Source: Antedon mediterranea (lineage: Eukaryota > Animalia > Echinodermata). Taken from it: DNA of 64,000 bases. Of the stretch, positions 46,601 through 58,991 are shown one piece after another. Both the position numbers and the translations under genes were made by a program. The stretch's first letter is position 1; each line of letters begins with the position of its first letter. The stretch is taken from NCBI RefSeq assembly GCF_964355755.1, contig NC_092671.1, positions 10,416,001 through 10,480,000 on the forward strand, read 5' to 3'. A model generated the notes under the pieces. The model did no database searches. It was not told where the DNA came from and saw only the letters and a list, made by a program, of their open reading frames with translations.

Positions 46601-49600
46601 ATATTGTGATATCAGATACTGTTGAAAGTCCACTGAACCAGAGTATATCATCTGAAAATGTTGTAGTCATGACAACCCAAGGACAGAAAGGTAATATTAA
46701 TAAATCACTCATACCAACCATTAAATTGACCAACTACAATCAATAATGTCATCAGATGATATATCAGTCATTTAGTCTGATAACAAGACAATAGTTATTC
46801 AAAAAATTAAGAAACAATACTCAAATCAATACGTATTGTTAGTTTTCCTGTACATTGGGTTTATAAGTATATTTATCAATACATTTAGAAACAATTTTGT
46901 CAATAGTTAATTCCTTTAAAATCCTTTTTACAAAATATAGAAATAGGAATTATTATTGACGAAAGTTTTTTTGGAAATTTAATTCAATATGTAATAAAAC
47001 ATACAGAATAAGAACATTATTATCCAATACTTGTAAATAGCTTGTGATATAACCTGTTAAAAGCTCCAAAACATGCATACATATTGATTACAAATGTGTA
47101 GGTATAAGGCCTTTTATTTCTACTCGCGGCCAAATATGTTTTTCATTAAAACAATGTTTTCTTTTTTGTTATAAATAATCTTGCTTACATTAGTTGTGGC
47201 CATGGAGGCCAAATCCGGAACAAGTTCCCCTGGGTCTATCAACCTTTCACTGGATAGTGGCTCGGTATCAAGCCAAGGTCTTTTATTTTTTGTTTATATT
47301 TAAATACTGTCTTGTACTGTCACTTTTTGCTATTTCGTGTGCATCAGTATTTGCCACTACAATTTATTATTGTTTTCATCCACTGAATATCATCATGGTT
47401 GACAATAATATTTTTGAGTTGGGTTATTTAATTGCCAAGTTTAACCACATAGTGTTCTGAATAAAGAAATAACTAAATGCCATGGGATTTTGCATAAAGT
47501 TGTATTGTTTTTGCTTGTGTGTTGTAACAGCCATATATATGTTTTATTAAACCAATTCACTCTCTACTACTGGGGTGGTAATTCTGTGAATCAATGCCTG
47601 TATCCACTGCTGCCAGATATTTACAGTACAGTAGTATAATAATTAATCTGAAAAAAATGTTGCATTGAAATTGATTAGACTACCTATATCACTATACAAA
47701 CAGATTTTTTATTTTTTTTATTTTAGGACATAAGTTTCAAATGATATGTGTTCAATTTTGAAGCATACTTTCTTTTTTTTTTGGCTAAAAAAAAAAGAAA
47801 TAAGTCTTAATTTGTACTATTTTTGTTAAAATAGTTTGAAATTTTAAAATTTTGTAAGTGTTTTTTGTGTTAAAAACAAAACAGAATAGGAGTTGTTGCT
47901 TTTAATATTAAAAAATGTACTGTAGTTTATACTGTAAGTGTAGGATTCCCATGTCTTTCATTTTTGGAGTTGTGCTGTAATCTAGAATACCAGAATACGT
48001 TCATTAAGGTGCAATATTATAGAACATGCATTAGTAACTCATGGAGGTACCATACTCTGTATAACCAAGTTTCTGGTTGTGCATAGGAGTAAAATATGAT
48101 AATAAATGAGCACTAACAGGTTTTATTTTAATTCAACAATGACTTGTTTTATTTTTTTAGAGCAAAAGGCGTTGTCTCGTATTGAATCTAGCCACAGTTT
48201 GAACTCAATCAGTAGTCACAGCTCAGCAGGCTCACATGGTTTGTAAACGTTTTATTTTCAATAACTTTTAAAATAGCGAAAAATTATTTATATTCTTATT
48301 TCAAATCACAATAATTAATAATAACATTTGTTTCAGCAATATAAATGCTATATAAAAACACAAGAAGTATATAGCAGCACAACAACAGGGCATTAAGATA
48401 TAGAAAATGCAATATCTGAATATATCTAAGAGGAGCCACACAGTTTTAAGTGACTGTGGCACTGATAGACATTTTAACTAGTGTGTGTGAACTAGTGTTT
48501 AACTACAGTAGTTTGAACTGTGCATGTAGTACTAAATGATGATTTCTTTTTTCCCCTCTTTCTCTTTTTTTTTTATGCCATCATTATTAAAACCAGCCCC
48601 AGACACAGCTCCCTTGTTACAAGGGGCATCAGGGGCTTTTGGGTCTAAAAACTGGGGAAAACCCGTCAAACTTATGAATTCGTTCAAAGGATTCTTATCA
48701 CGGCACAAGAGTACAGACAAGTTGGCAGGTATAACTATGAAAAGTGCTTTCAAACCCAAATGTTGGTTTATGTTATGAAAAGTGTTGATCATGGCTTGTA
48801 TGCTTGCTTATGGCTGATGCTCTATATACAAAACTGCATTGAAACATTCATTGTATACAAAAATCGGGGACAAAAGGGTTACAAAACCGTTTTTTTGTGT
48901 TAGATTGTATTTTGAATAAGAATTTATTCTTCATCATCGTATAAATCATCATCTACATCAGTGTAAAAATCATTAACATCTGCAGCATTATCATAATCAT
49001 CATCATTGGCATTATCATAATCATTATTAACAATATGTCCTTTAGTTGTCTGTTTAGAGAATTATGTTTCAATGTTCTTCCTATCATTGTTGCGCTTCAG
49101 TGTTAAATGTCAACAAAGAGTTGTGCTTTATTTCAGTGTTTAATTATATTTTTTTCAAAAATTCATTGTAAATTTCTGTTCTTTATGCATTCCAATAATC
49201 TGTGAGTTGTATGTCTGTGTAAATGTATATGAAAGGTGTGTACACTATGTTATCAAACGCTATTAAAATACCAAAATTACCATATTTTTATGTTCATTAT
49301 ATAACATAATTATAATCTTTACCATTTATAAAACGTTTGGTTCATATTGTTAGGGTCAAAGGTGAAAATACCGCAAGAGCCAGTGAAGATGGAAGTAGTT
49401 GTTAGGGAACAACCAATGACAGTTCACGTTCCTGATACTTTTGCTGACAAGAAACTAAAGTTTGATGAACCCAAGGAGAATTTAACACTTAATTGGATGT
49501 AAGCAATATTAAATTTATATCGTACAATTTTACAATGGAATAGTGTTATCATCTATTTTAACTTGAACAATTTCATATTGCACTATAAAACTCTCTTATG

Positions 49601-52600
49601 TTAATTGAATGACTGTTTTCTTGTATGTGTATACATGAATTGTAAAGCTTTATCTACACTCAATCAAACTGTGTATGTGACGAAAGAAATGTGATGTGCC
49701 CATATATAAATGATGAGGTCATATCGATACCATGTTTGGGCATATCCCTACCATACTTGGGTACACACTTTTTTGTCAAACTAGTTTAATAGAATATAGA
49801 CGGAGCTTTACTGTTTTTTTAAGGTTTGCATGGAAGGATATTTCAACAAATATTGTTTATTTTTCTAGTTATGGGTATCGTGGCAATGATTGTAGGAATA
49901 ACTTACATCGTATATCAAGTGGTGAGATTGTATACTTCATCTCATATATAGCTATTATTTACAATCACAAACAACAGAAACAACGTTATTACAAGGATCA
50001 TACTGGTGATATTAGAAGGTATGTTACTCATTCTATGAATTGGGATTTATTAAATTAAAAACAGTGGTTTGAATTGGTCTACTTTTCTCAGGATAGATTT
50101 AGACTAATTTTAAAACCGTTTGATTCAAACTTGGGAGCCTACCATTTTTCTAATTACAGATATTAGATTAGGTTATTAAAATAGTCAATTATAATTTAAT
50201 TTTTAGATTTAATTGATTTGTGTCTATTCATTGTAGTATGGCAGTCCATGAAGATCAGGTAACCATAGCAACTGGTCAATCCGATTTAGATGGTACTAAA
50301 AAACAAGTTAAGGTAAACAAATTCATTTTTAAATTTAATAAATCAATCGTATGTTTGTTGATGATGAAATTATTCATCCTCAAATTAAAGAAATTCGGAA
50401 CATGTTTTCTACGAACCTATGGCAGCTGCAGTTCATTCTACAATGAACGACGATGATTGAAAATGTCATGTTTAGGGAAAAAAATATATTAGTTCTAAAG
50501 TATTTTTGTATATTTCAAATTTAACTCAAAATGAAATACATTATTTTATTTTTTTTTCAGACTTGTATTCGAATATGGAATAGTACAAACTTAAAAACAT
50601 TGCATGTTATTGAAGATGATGGATTTCAACAGGCTATTATATGTTTGTCTTTTTCTCAAGTTAGTGTTTTGCGATTTTTATTTTAAATTTGTACAAGATT
50701 TACTTCACTTAAAACGTGTACAATTTAAAAAATATAATATGTTCATATAATTTTTAAGATAAGCAATCTATCCCCATCTAAAATCTGTCTAAACTATCAA
50801 CCTTTTTGTGACAAAAAAGTGTGATGTGCCCATATAAGGACATATCACTACCATATTTGAGCATATCACTACCATATTTGGGTACATGACACTTGGCAAA
50901 CTAGTTTGATATTGTAGACATAGCATAAGCTTTATAATTTTCTCATTTTTCGTTCATAAATCAATAATTGTGATATTGATTGATTTTCTTTTTAAAGTAG
51001 GATATATTTTATTAATTTTTTTGCAGAATTTACTTGCAGCTGTCGATAATTATGAAAGTCACACACTATCATTATGGGATGCGAAGACATATAAAAAAGT
51101 GTCTGAAACTAAGGTTTGTCCACAAGGAAAGATTTTTTTATAACTTGTATCCCTATATATCTATGTATCTTTGCATTATCTTTTATTAGTAGCAATTTAT
51201 ACATACTGTAATATGAATACGAGTAAGAGATAACTAGATCGTCTGGTTACAGTGCTTGATACCATTAGTAGAGCTAGATATGTATCAGAAATTAATATAT
51301 GTATGTATATTTATGTATAAACATATAAGACTTACGTCTATGTTAAGCTCAGCTTAATGTTATAGTCTGTTATACATTCATGATTTCACTGTGATCGTTC
51401 TAATGTGTTTTTCTTTTAAATTAAAATCCAAATGTCTCCAGTAAGCCTGGTTGGATTTTAGATATTGGCTTCCCTTTAAAAAAAAATATTCTACAATAAT
51501 TAGGCAGAGTAATAATTTATGTTCAGTATATGTTTCATAAAAACCTTAAAACAACATGATATTTTATCTTTGATTTCATTATAACCATTTCAGTGCAATA
51601 CAGATATTGTTTGTCAGATCGGTTTTCACCCAAAGAAAACAACATGCATTGTGTCGATTGGCAAAGATCATCTGGTTTTCTGGGATCTCAAGGGAAGTGC
51701 CATCGAACAAACGATGGAAGCTGATTATGGGGTAAGACTAACGAACAAATTTATTTTTAATTGTTTTTTTTAAATAACTAAATATTTGATTGGTGAAACT
51801 TATCATTCTCATTCCCAATTATGTATCTGGTTCTTACCATGTGTTTGTATTACTTAAATGTATTTTTGTATAATTTATTTTAGGAGAATGAAAAACCTAA
51901 ATTCATAATATGTATGCTGTTTCGAGCAAATGGTGACATAGTGACAGGAGACTCAAATGGAACAATCATGATTTGGTTAAGTGGACAAAACACTCCAAGT
52001 CAAGTGATACGCAAAGCACATCAGGTGAGGAAGAATAATTGTGTTCTAAGCTAGAACTACACTATCAAACTTTATGTGACAACAAAAATGCATATATAGA
52101 CATAATGATGTCATATCACTACCATATATGGCACATCCACTTTTTTTTTGTCTAACTAGTTTGATAGTGTAGATAGCCTAGCTTTAAGTTTCTGTATATT
52201 CAATTAAGTTGAATCTGGATAATAGCTCCCATGCAAGCGTACATATTGCTTTCCATCTCAATTATTCTACTTTTACATTTTATAATGTTGATCTCTATTT
52301 TTTTTAGTGTCCAATATTTGCTTTAATTGAACACAAGAAATCACTACTAAGTGGAGGACGTGATGGTAGTATATATGCTTGGGATGTCAAGGATTCAAAA
52401 TGTTATAAATCAAGTGAATTACTCGTAAGATGATTTTACTTATTATGTTATAACTAATACACATCAAATTAAAAATCATAGGCCAAAGTTCCATACTAGT
52501 TGATTAGCAGCTTATCACAGTGACACAGCACAGTGTATGAAGCTTTCTAGTCTATATAGTACTATATACTATAGGAGAGGGTTGTATGTTTGTTATGGGA

Positions 52601-55600
52601 CGCATCCAAAACATTGGTATCAAAATCAACTTGTACTGGGAAAGTTTTTAACTATTTTCTAGTCATATTTTGTTTATATATATATATATATTATATAACT
52701 TGCACTAATGAATGCCTGAATGTTCTGCTAGTCTTTATGGTTTTGATTTAGCTTTTTGCTTATTTTATTTTTGAGATCCAGCCACAGCATTGTCATTTTT
52801 TCAGTAATTTATATATATGTTGTATATACAATCTGCAGACAGTACTGTTTCGATTTTATCAGATCTCGTCAGTGCAGATCAGGTTTCGAAATGATATGTA
52901 CTGCAGAACTGGCACAATATATAGTCTGAGCCAGGTATGCGGGACATGGTACACTGATTATGAACACAAAGAGTGCACAAACTAAAGGATTTTTGTTGTT
53001 GCAGATTCCCGCTTCTGCTGGGGGTATTCGTACCATACTTGTAGATGACTTGTTTACTTATGTTGGAACGACACTCAATTGTATACTGAGGTCAGAGTTG
53101 CAGGACACTGGACCATTGTTATCAGGGGCAATCATTGAAAAAAACCTCATAACACAGGTAACAACAAAATACTATTTTTAACTTGAACTTACTTGAAATG
53201 TTTATTTTATTGTTCATTCAACATAATTATATACTTTAAACATATAAATTTATATTACCAAGTGAGAATGATTATTAAAGGATAAGTCATGACACTCTCA
53301 CCTGGTCATTCCAGATATATATTTGCCCTACTCTCTGACGTAATTATTCAATATACATATGAGAATACCTGATCACTAGCCTGGCATTCATACCCAGTAG
53401 ACCACCAAGCCTGCTCAAGTAAAGTAGTGCAAACATCTGACTATTTGATTTAGCTTCCAGATGCAAAGCTACTTTGAAATAGTTATTAAATCATCATTGT
53501 AATTTTTAAAAGTAGATTTTTCTGAGTCCGTAATTTTCTTCAAAATTCATTCTGGTAAACTAGACATTGTGTGCCAGCCCACGACAGTGGATTGTATTTA
53601 TTTAAATGTCTAAACTATCAAACTTTATGTGACAAAAAAATGTGATGTGCCTATATATGGATATGATGATGTTGATGATGTCATATCACTACCATATTTG
53701 GGCACATCACACTTTGATCACAAGTTTGATAGTGTAGACAGAGCTTAAAACAAGGGATAAAGCTATAACAAACTGTTTCTGCTGTCACCAAATTTTTACC
53801 TCAATTTCCATTTAGGGACACTATGATGAAGTACATGGCTTGAGGGTGTACCCAGCACAGACGGCTGTTGCACCTTCATTGCAACAACATGCTCAGGGTG
53901 TGTTCCTAACATGTGGATACGATGGTATGGTCTGTTGCTATGATTCCAATACACATCAAGCATTGTGGAAGCATTGGGTAAAAGATTGCAATATTCAGTG
54001 CGTAGATATTCATCCAAATGGCACCATCCTAGTGATGGGTGGTAAGAGTGCAGAGTAAGTATTTCATTGCATGGTCAGTTAATTGTTACTTTAAGACTAC
54101 TTACCGGCTTTAGAAAGTTCTGTCCTATCTAACACTAGCAGGTCTGAAAATAATACCAAAAAGTGGTCTGGAATTGGGACCGTGGTCCGGATTGCCTCCA
54201 AAGTAATCCTTGACCACATATCTATCTGTATTTTTATTTTAGTAAAGATATTGCAATAACTTTTTAAGTATTCCTCCAAAACGACAGACACATGCGATCG
54301 ATTACATATACCTCCTTGGCGGAAGTAAATAAAAGGATATTTATATTAAGAAGTAGAGAAAAAATGAGTTTCGATCATAGATGCTTATGGCATTCATGTT
54401 TTTAAATCAAAAAATGTATATTTGAAAATACTTTGCTTTGAAGTGACATACAATCTCTCCGCTCCGCTTAAGCATCTTTCACATCTGTTCCGGTCCTGCT
54501 CAAGCAAATAAAATCAGATCTCAATGTTTATTTTCACGATGCTTCATGCAGCTATGCACCAATCTTTTTACATGATATACTGTACATGTAGCTCATGGCG
54601 CTTAATTACCAGGAAGAGTCGCTAATGCTGTACTCGCAAACCTGAACTAGAGCCAGAACAAGACTGGAACAGATGTGAAAGATACTTTAAACAAATACAA
54701 TTTATGGAATAATTTTGAATACATTCCTGTCCGTAGTTAGTAAGTATGTAAAATAATGAAACGATCAGTTTCATAAGAAATTTAGTGAGTTTCCATCACC
54801 ATAATTGTTTTTTTCTCTCTTTCGTTTTTATTCTAAAACACCAGTATTGGCAGCAGGTTAGTGCCTTGAAATAGTTAATTGCGTTTTTATATTATAGACT
54901 TATATAGCATTTTGATTTTTCTTACTATTTTGTAAGAAATTTGTGTTAGAAATTTCCTAACTTTGCTTTTGTGTGTTGTTGGCTTCAATATTCTTTATTT
55001 TTCAGTAAATGTTTCTATTTTCTTCAATAATTAATATTACTTAATGTTACTTTAGCTTAATCACACATAGTAATTTTAGTAACAGTATATAATAATGTTG
55101 TGACACATTTGGCACCCCATACTTGAGGCAGTAATGACAACAAAATGGTTACTTTATTTAGTTCCTATGGCAACTTGTTAAATAGTATAAGTAGTTATGA
55201 AGATATTATAACAAACAAGTTTTATTTTACTTTTTGAAATGATCACACTATTTTAAAATCTATGTACGAGTTCTTCTTTTTGTGTCTCTATTTGCTGTGT
55301 ATAAACAACTTGTTAAGGATCTTTTATTCTGGATTTATTTTAATCTTTGCTGCATGTTGCTTTAATCTTTTTGTGTTTTGTTGCAAATTGTTCAAAAGTT
55401 ACATGAAAATAGTCTTACTTTACTAAAAGTATATTTGTAATAAAAAGAACTATTTATAAGATTATTTATTTATGTTAGTATTTTATAATATTAATAGATC
55501 TGTGCTATAGATTCTCTAATGATACATACAGTATGCCTGCAGTTTTTGTAATAATTAGCATTACATAGTAGAGTACATAATTAGTTTAGTATAATCTGGT

Positions 55601-58074
55601 TAATTCTTCATGTTCAATATTAATATCTTAATTATCTAATTTTAAAATACATCAAAAATTTAAATTTATACATAATTATTCTGTTTTTCAGTCTCTGCTT
55701 TTTTAGTATTAATCTTGAAGGTAGTTTGTTTGAGTTGAATCGGTCAAAGGTCAGCAAGAGTATGATAACAACAGTTAAATTCTCTCCTGGTAAGTTTTGA
55801 GCATATGTTTATTCAATTTGCATTGGTTGTTGGTACAGTGATGTTTAACAATATCTCTCTCCTCGTTAAGGTCTATTTTCAACTCTTTAGAAGTGCACAT
55901 TTTGATGTATTTGGAAATCTATAGATCCAAAACACTGATGATGTGGGTATCACTGGATCTCAATAGAGATACAAATGAAATAAAAGCTAAATCAAAACGA
56001 AAGAAATGCCAAGCTTTTAAAAAACACTATTCCTTCATCAGGACAATAAAATAAATCTATAATTTATTTCAATTTGTTAAGCTTAGACATATCAGAGAGT
56101 TGCATTAGAGAGGGATGTTGGAAAAAGGGGAGAGCGAACATGGATTTAGTTTAGTAATAATAGAGCACTCTCCTTTTTTCCTTGTTGTGCCTTTTATAAG
56201 GAGAGTTTACAGTAGTTTCAAATTAATTAAATTAATTTGTCTTCTTGAAAATATTGTTGTAATGCTAATTTACCTAATGTACATTACTTCCTTATGAATA
56301 TTCATAAAGATGGACAAACACTAGCAGCTGGTTGCTATGATGGTAGAATCACAACAGTGAGATTGATTGATGATGGCAGGAGGACAGAGATCGTTGGAAA
56401 GTGTAACATTCATCAAAGTTCAATAACAGGTCTTGATTGGTCAAAAGATAAATGTTATAATGAAGATTACATTCTTCAGAGCAGTTCAAGTACATTTGAG
56501 TATTTTAATTGTAAGTAATTATCATAATTGATTAATTTATTTGATATTTTAATTACAATATTTATCAAGATGGTCAAATTTGGAGTGAGTGCAGAATCTC
56601 TTTGAGCTTTGCGCTATTCTCACTCCTGCTTATAAATATTATTATAATTACTAAAATATAAATGTGTCTTACATTATTAAAAGAAGGAAATTGACATTAA
56701 TTTTTTTGAAGGTTTGCATGGTGAAATCAATAATGTTGAGGACAATCAAAGTATATTGATCGAAACAGTTCTTTTCAGAACTATAAACTTTGTATGAACA
56801 TATTAATTTTCTATTGATGTGTTTGCTATCTTTTTCATTTTCAGTTACGCCTTCATGCGAGTTGATCAACAATTTGGTAGAAACTAGGAATGCAGAATGG
56901 ATGACAAACAATTGTATGGTTGGTTACCATACAAATGGTTAGTAACCATTTTTTTTTTATTACAGTTTATTTGGAAAATTGCCTAAAATATAGTGCTGTC
57001 CAGGATAACTTTATATAAGCTTAAGAGATTATGTCTGTTGGGGTCCCTTTATAATCTAAAATAAATAATTGTATTGTTTAATAGAATATAAAATAGAGTT
57101 AATTAGTTAATTTAAATTATTTGGTTTAAAAATCGCCTTTTTGTTATAAAGCTCTGTCTACACTATCAAACTTTATGTGACAAAAAAAATGTGATGTGCC
57201 CATATATGGACACAATGATGTCATATTGTCATATTACTACCATATTTGGGCACATCACACGTTTTTTTGTCACATAAAGTTTGATAGTGTAGACAGAGCT
57301 TAAGAATTGCGTGGGAGCTACACACCGTACCACTGCACTCAAATAGGTGTAACAAGTTACTTTAAATGAGTTATATAATCTATCATGCATCCTCCATCTA
57401 CCCCGACCCCATCTCCTCTAATCTGACATTTTTTGTATCTTACCATATGACATATATTATATACAATTCTGCAAAAGTGTTTATTATATACACTATTGAT
57501 TTGTAGGAATTTGGGGTGGTGAAATGGCCAGCACTGAGTTTACTACCGTTGACAGATCACATGATCAAAATCTGTTGGCAGCTGGTGATGAAGATGGTGA
57601 TATTAAATTGTACACACACCCTTGTAGTAACCAAGAGGTATTTTATTTTATTTTATTTTTAAAACCAGAAACAACAACAGAAACAAATCCGCCACTTACA
57701 GCTTGGTTGAAAAGAGACAATTACAACAACTCAGAAACACTTAAATTACGACGAAACAGATAAAGATTGGAATTAGAAATGTCGATATGCGGATGGGCCT
57801 GGACTAAACTATTATAAGATAAACTTAATCTACTGATGTAACCACTTAATATACTGATGTATTTACATTAACAAATTATAATTTAAGAGATTTATGAATA
57901 CATAATATTTATGAGATTTCTATGATACATACATTTTTTTTTCAGGCAAAATTTAAGAATTTTCACGGTCATGCTTTCGGAGTTAAATCAGTGGTGTTTG
58001 GAGAAACCGATAAATTTCTTATATCTATTGGTAATAGGGACTGTGCAATTATTCAGTGGAACTTGATCAAATAA
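34621..58074 (+). CDS. EML/EMAP-family protein (HELP + tandem WD40 propellers) with N-terminal EF-hand region and long Ser/Pro/Lys-rich linker
   Basis: Probable ATG at 34621 (AAAATGG). EF-hand exons 35074-35388, 35925-36130, 37824-37921 and 38629-38771 (DKDPSRNGQIPKKKF, CDEEGNGMVNWFEF). HELP motif PKENLTLNWIYGYRGNDCRNNL (49354-49498 / 49869-50018). WD exons with TGDSNG, SGGRDG, GHYDEVHGL, TCGYDG, AAGDEDGDIKLY and GHAFGVKSV..DCAIIQW. TAA at 58074. Confidence 0.85.
34684..34840. mobile_element. MITE family A copy
   Basis: TTA|AGCTCTGTCTACACTATCAAAC..GTTTGATAGTGTAGACAGA. Confidence 0.8.
37953..38115. mobile_element. MITE family A copy
   Basis: Full TIRs AGCTCTGTCTACACTATCAA / TTGATAGTGTAGACAGAGCT. 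Confidence 0.85.
38856..39011. mobile_element. MITE family A copy with TAA TSD
   Basis: TAA|AGCTCGGTCTACAC..GTGTAGACAGAGCT|TAA. Confidence 0.85.
41774..41915. mobile_element. MITE family A copy (decayed right end)
   Basis: AGCTCTACCTACACTATCAAACTAGTTTGA...GGGCACATCACATTTTTTTGTCAC. Confidence 0.7.
44333..44814 (-). mobile_element. Short non-autonomous RTE-clade retroelement (5' UTR fused to 3' end)
   Basis: 10-bp TSD TGAAAGTAGT at 44323-44332 and 44815-44824. The minus strand has an RTE-like 5' UTR motif CTAGGAGAAGGAAAACTCTGA and an RTE-like 3' end TTGTCTCTCGAGACAGACGGCTGCCA. GC-rich, with no RT ORF. Confidence 0.75.
45270..45425. mobile_element. MITE family A copy
   Basis: TATGTGACAAAAGAATGTGATGTGCCC..ACTAGTTTGATAGTGTAGAC. 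Confidence 0.75.
45973..45999. mobile_element. 27-bp hairpin with 7-bp TSD, P-element-like end remnant
   Basis: TTTGTAC|CATGGAGTA-CTTATTCTT-TACTCCATG|TTTGTAC. Confidence 0.65.
46176..46303. mobile_element. MITE family A copy (decayed)
   Basis: TCTGTCTACACTATCAAA..GTTTGATAATTTAGACATAGCT. Confidence 0.7.
49646..49807. mobile_element. MITE family A copy (decayed)
   Basis: AGCTTTATCTACAC..GTGATGTGCCC..TAGACGGAGCT. Confidence 0.7.
50780..50925. mobile_element. MITE family A copy
   Basis: CTGTCTAAACTATCAA..CTAGTTTGATATTGTAGAC. Confidence 0.7.
52049..52183. mobile_element. MITE family A copy
   Basis: CTACACTATCAAACTTTATGTGAC..CTAGTTTGATAGTGTAGA. Confidence 0.7.
52831..52879 (-). ncRNA. Type I minimal hammerhead ribozyme (Penelope-type, palindromic stem III)
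   Basis: The minus strand reads AUCUGCA-CUGACGA-GAU(CUGAUAAA)AUC-GAAA-CAG UA CUG-UC-UGCAGAU. All core nucleotides are present, stem I is 7 bp, and the GUC cleavage triplet is at 52840-52838. Confidence 0.85.
53605..53745. mobile_element. MITE family A copy
   Basis: TGTCTAAACTATCAAACTTTATGTGAC..GTGTAGACAGAGCT|TAA. Confidence 0.8.
54104..54328. mobile_element. Fragment of a non-autonomous DNA element (family uncertain)
   Basis: Ends in ACAGACAC..ATACCTCCTTGGCGGAAGTAA, a terminal motif I recognise from widespread animal repeats. Confidence 0.35.
54471..54686. mobile_element. Harbinger-like MITE
   Basis: TTA|AGCATCTTTCACATCTGTTCCGGTC ... GACTGGAACAGATGTGAAAGATACT|TTA. Confidence 0.8.
57150..57300. 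mobile_element. MITE family A, near-perfect palindromic copy with TAA TSD
   Basis: TAA|AGCTCTGTCTACACTATCAAACTTTATGTGACAAAAAAA..TTTTTTTGTCACATAAAGTTTGATAGTGTAGACAGAGCT|TAA. Confidence 0.9.
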
Positions 58075-58126
58075 CTGTTTTGTATACTCTGTGTAATAAA
58101 TGTAATCCCAAAAAGTTGATATATGA

Positions 58127-58460
58127 GAGGTGTTACTCGCTCCCTCAGCTAAAAAAACCATCATGCGGCAAATACGGGACTATGCATTTTTATGGGGACT
58201 ATGCATTTTTATGCAGTACCAATGGTAGGTCTACTCCTTATTTCCCCAAAAACCTGCATATCCAGTTAACAATGCCTATTCTATCATTTTACGAACTTAC
58301 CCAAAACAGCTGTTGGACTTATGAGATAGACTGCATACCTACCATATAATATTTAGAATAAGTAACATTATTGTCTATAACAAAATGTAATTCTGTGTTT
58401 TTTTGCCATATTAATTTTCATAAATATTTCGTTTTTTTCAAGTGGATGAGTTACCTTTAA
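58127..58460. mobile_element. Decayed TIR element (Kolobok-like) in the EML 3' UTR region
   Basis: AGGTGTTACTCGCTCC ... GGATGAGTTACCT|TTAA. Confidence 0.4.
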
Positions 58461-58805
58461 AATGTGAGGAAAAACAAAATTTCAAAACAATGTTCTGGTT
58501 TTTTTTTAAATGATATCAAGAATATGAATATTTTCATTGAATTAAATGAAATCATTTTTATCAGTTTATAAATATTGTTAATGCAGCTTTTTTATATATA
58601 AAGTATACATTTTGAATTATAGTTTTTTTTCTTGTCTAAATTAATTATTTTTATTAGGAAAAAGTTGTGCAAATAAAGTAATTTTTTAATTATTTATAAT
58701 TGAGATATAAGAATTATAATGTATGTATGTGAAAATGATAATAAATAGAAAATAATTAATATTGCATATAAAGTTATTATAATTTCTCATTTCTAAGTTC
58801 GTACA

Positions 58806-58991
58806 AGCTTTATAGCACACATGCGTTATCGTATACAACTCTGTGCAATCAGCTTTATAGCACACATGCGTTATCGTATACAACTCTGTGCAATCAGCTT
58901 TATAGCACACATGCGTTATCGTATACAACTCTGTGCAATCAGCTTTAGGCCTATAGCACACATGCGTTATCGTATACAACTCTGTGCAATC
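58806..58991. repeat. 45-bp tandem repeat x4
   Basis: AGCTTTATAGCACACATGCGTTATCGTATACAACTCTGTGCAATC in three identical copies. The fourth carries an extra GGCCTA. Confidence 0.95.

Noticed and set aside
55790-56309. Second U12 intron (TTCCTTAT near the acceptor)
   Set aside because: The donor is canonical U2-type GTAAGT.
58806-58991. CRISPR-like array, or the repeat-peptide ORFs 58686-59030 and 58821-59111
   Set aside because: These are head-to-tail identical units with no spacers and no cas genes, in a eukaryotic context. The ORFs are artefacts of a 45-bp stop-free unit.
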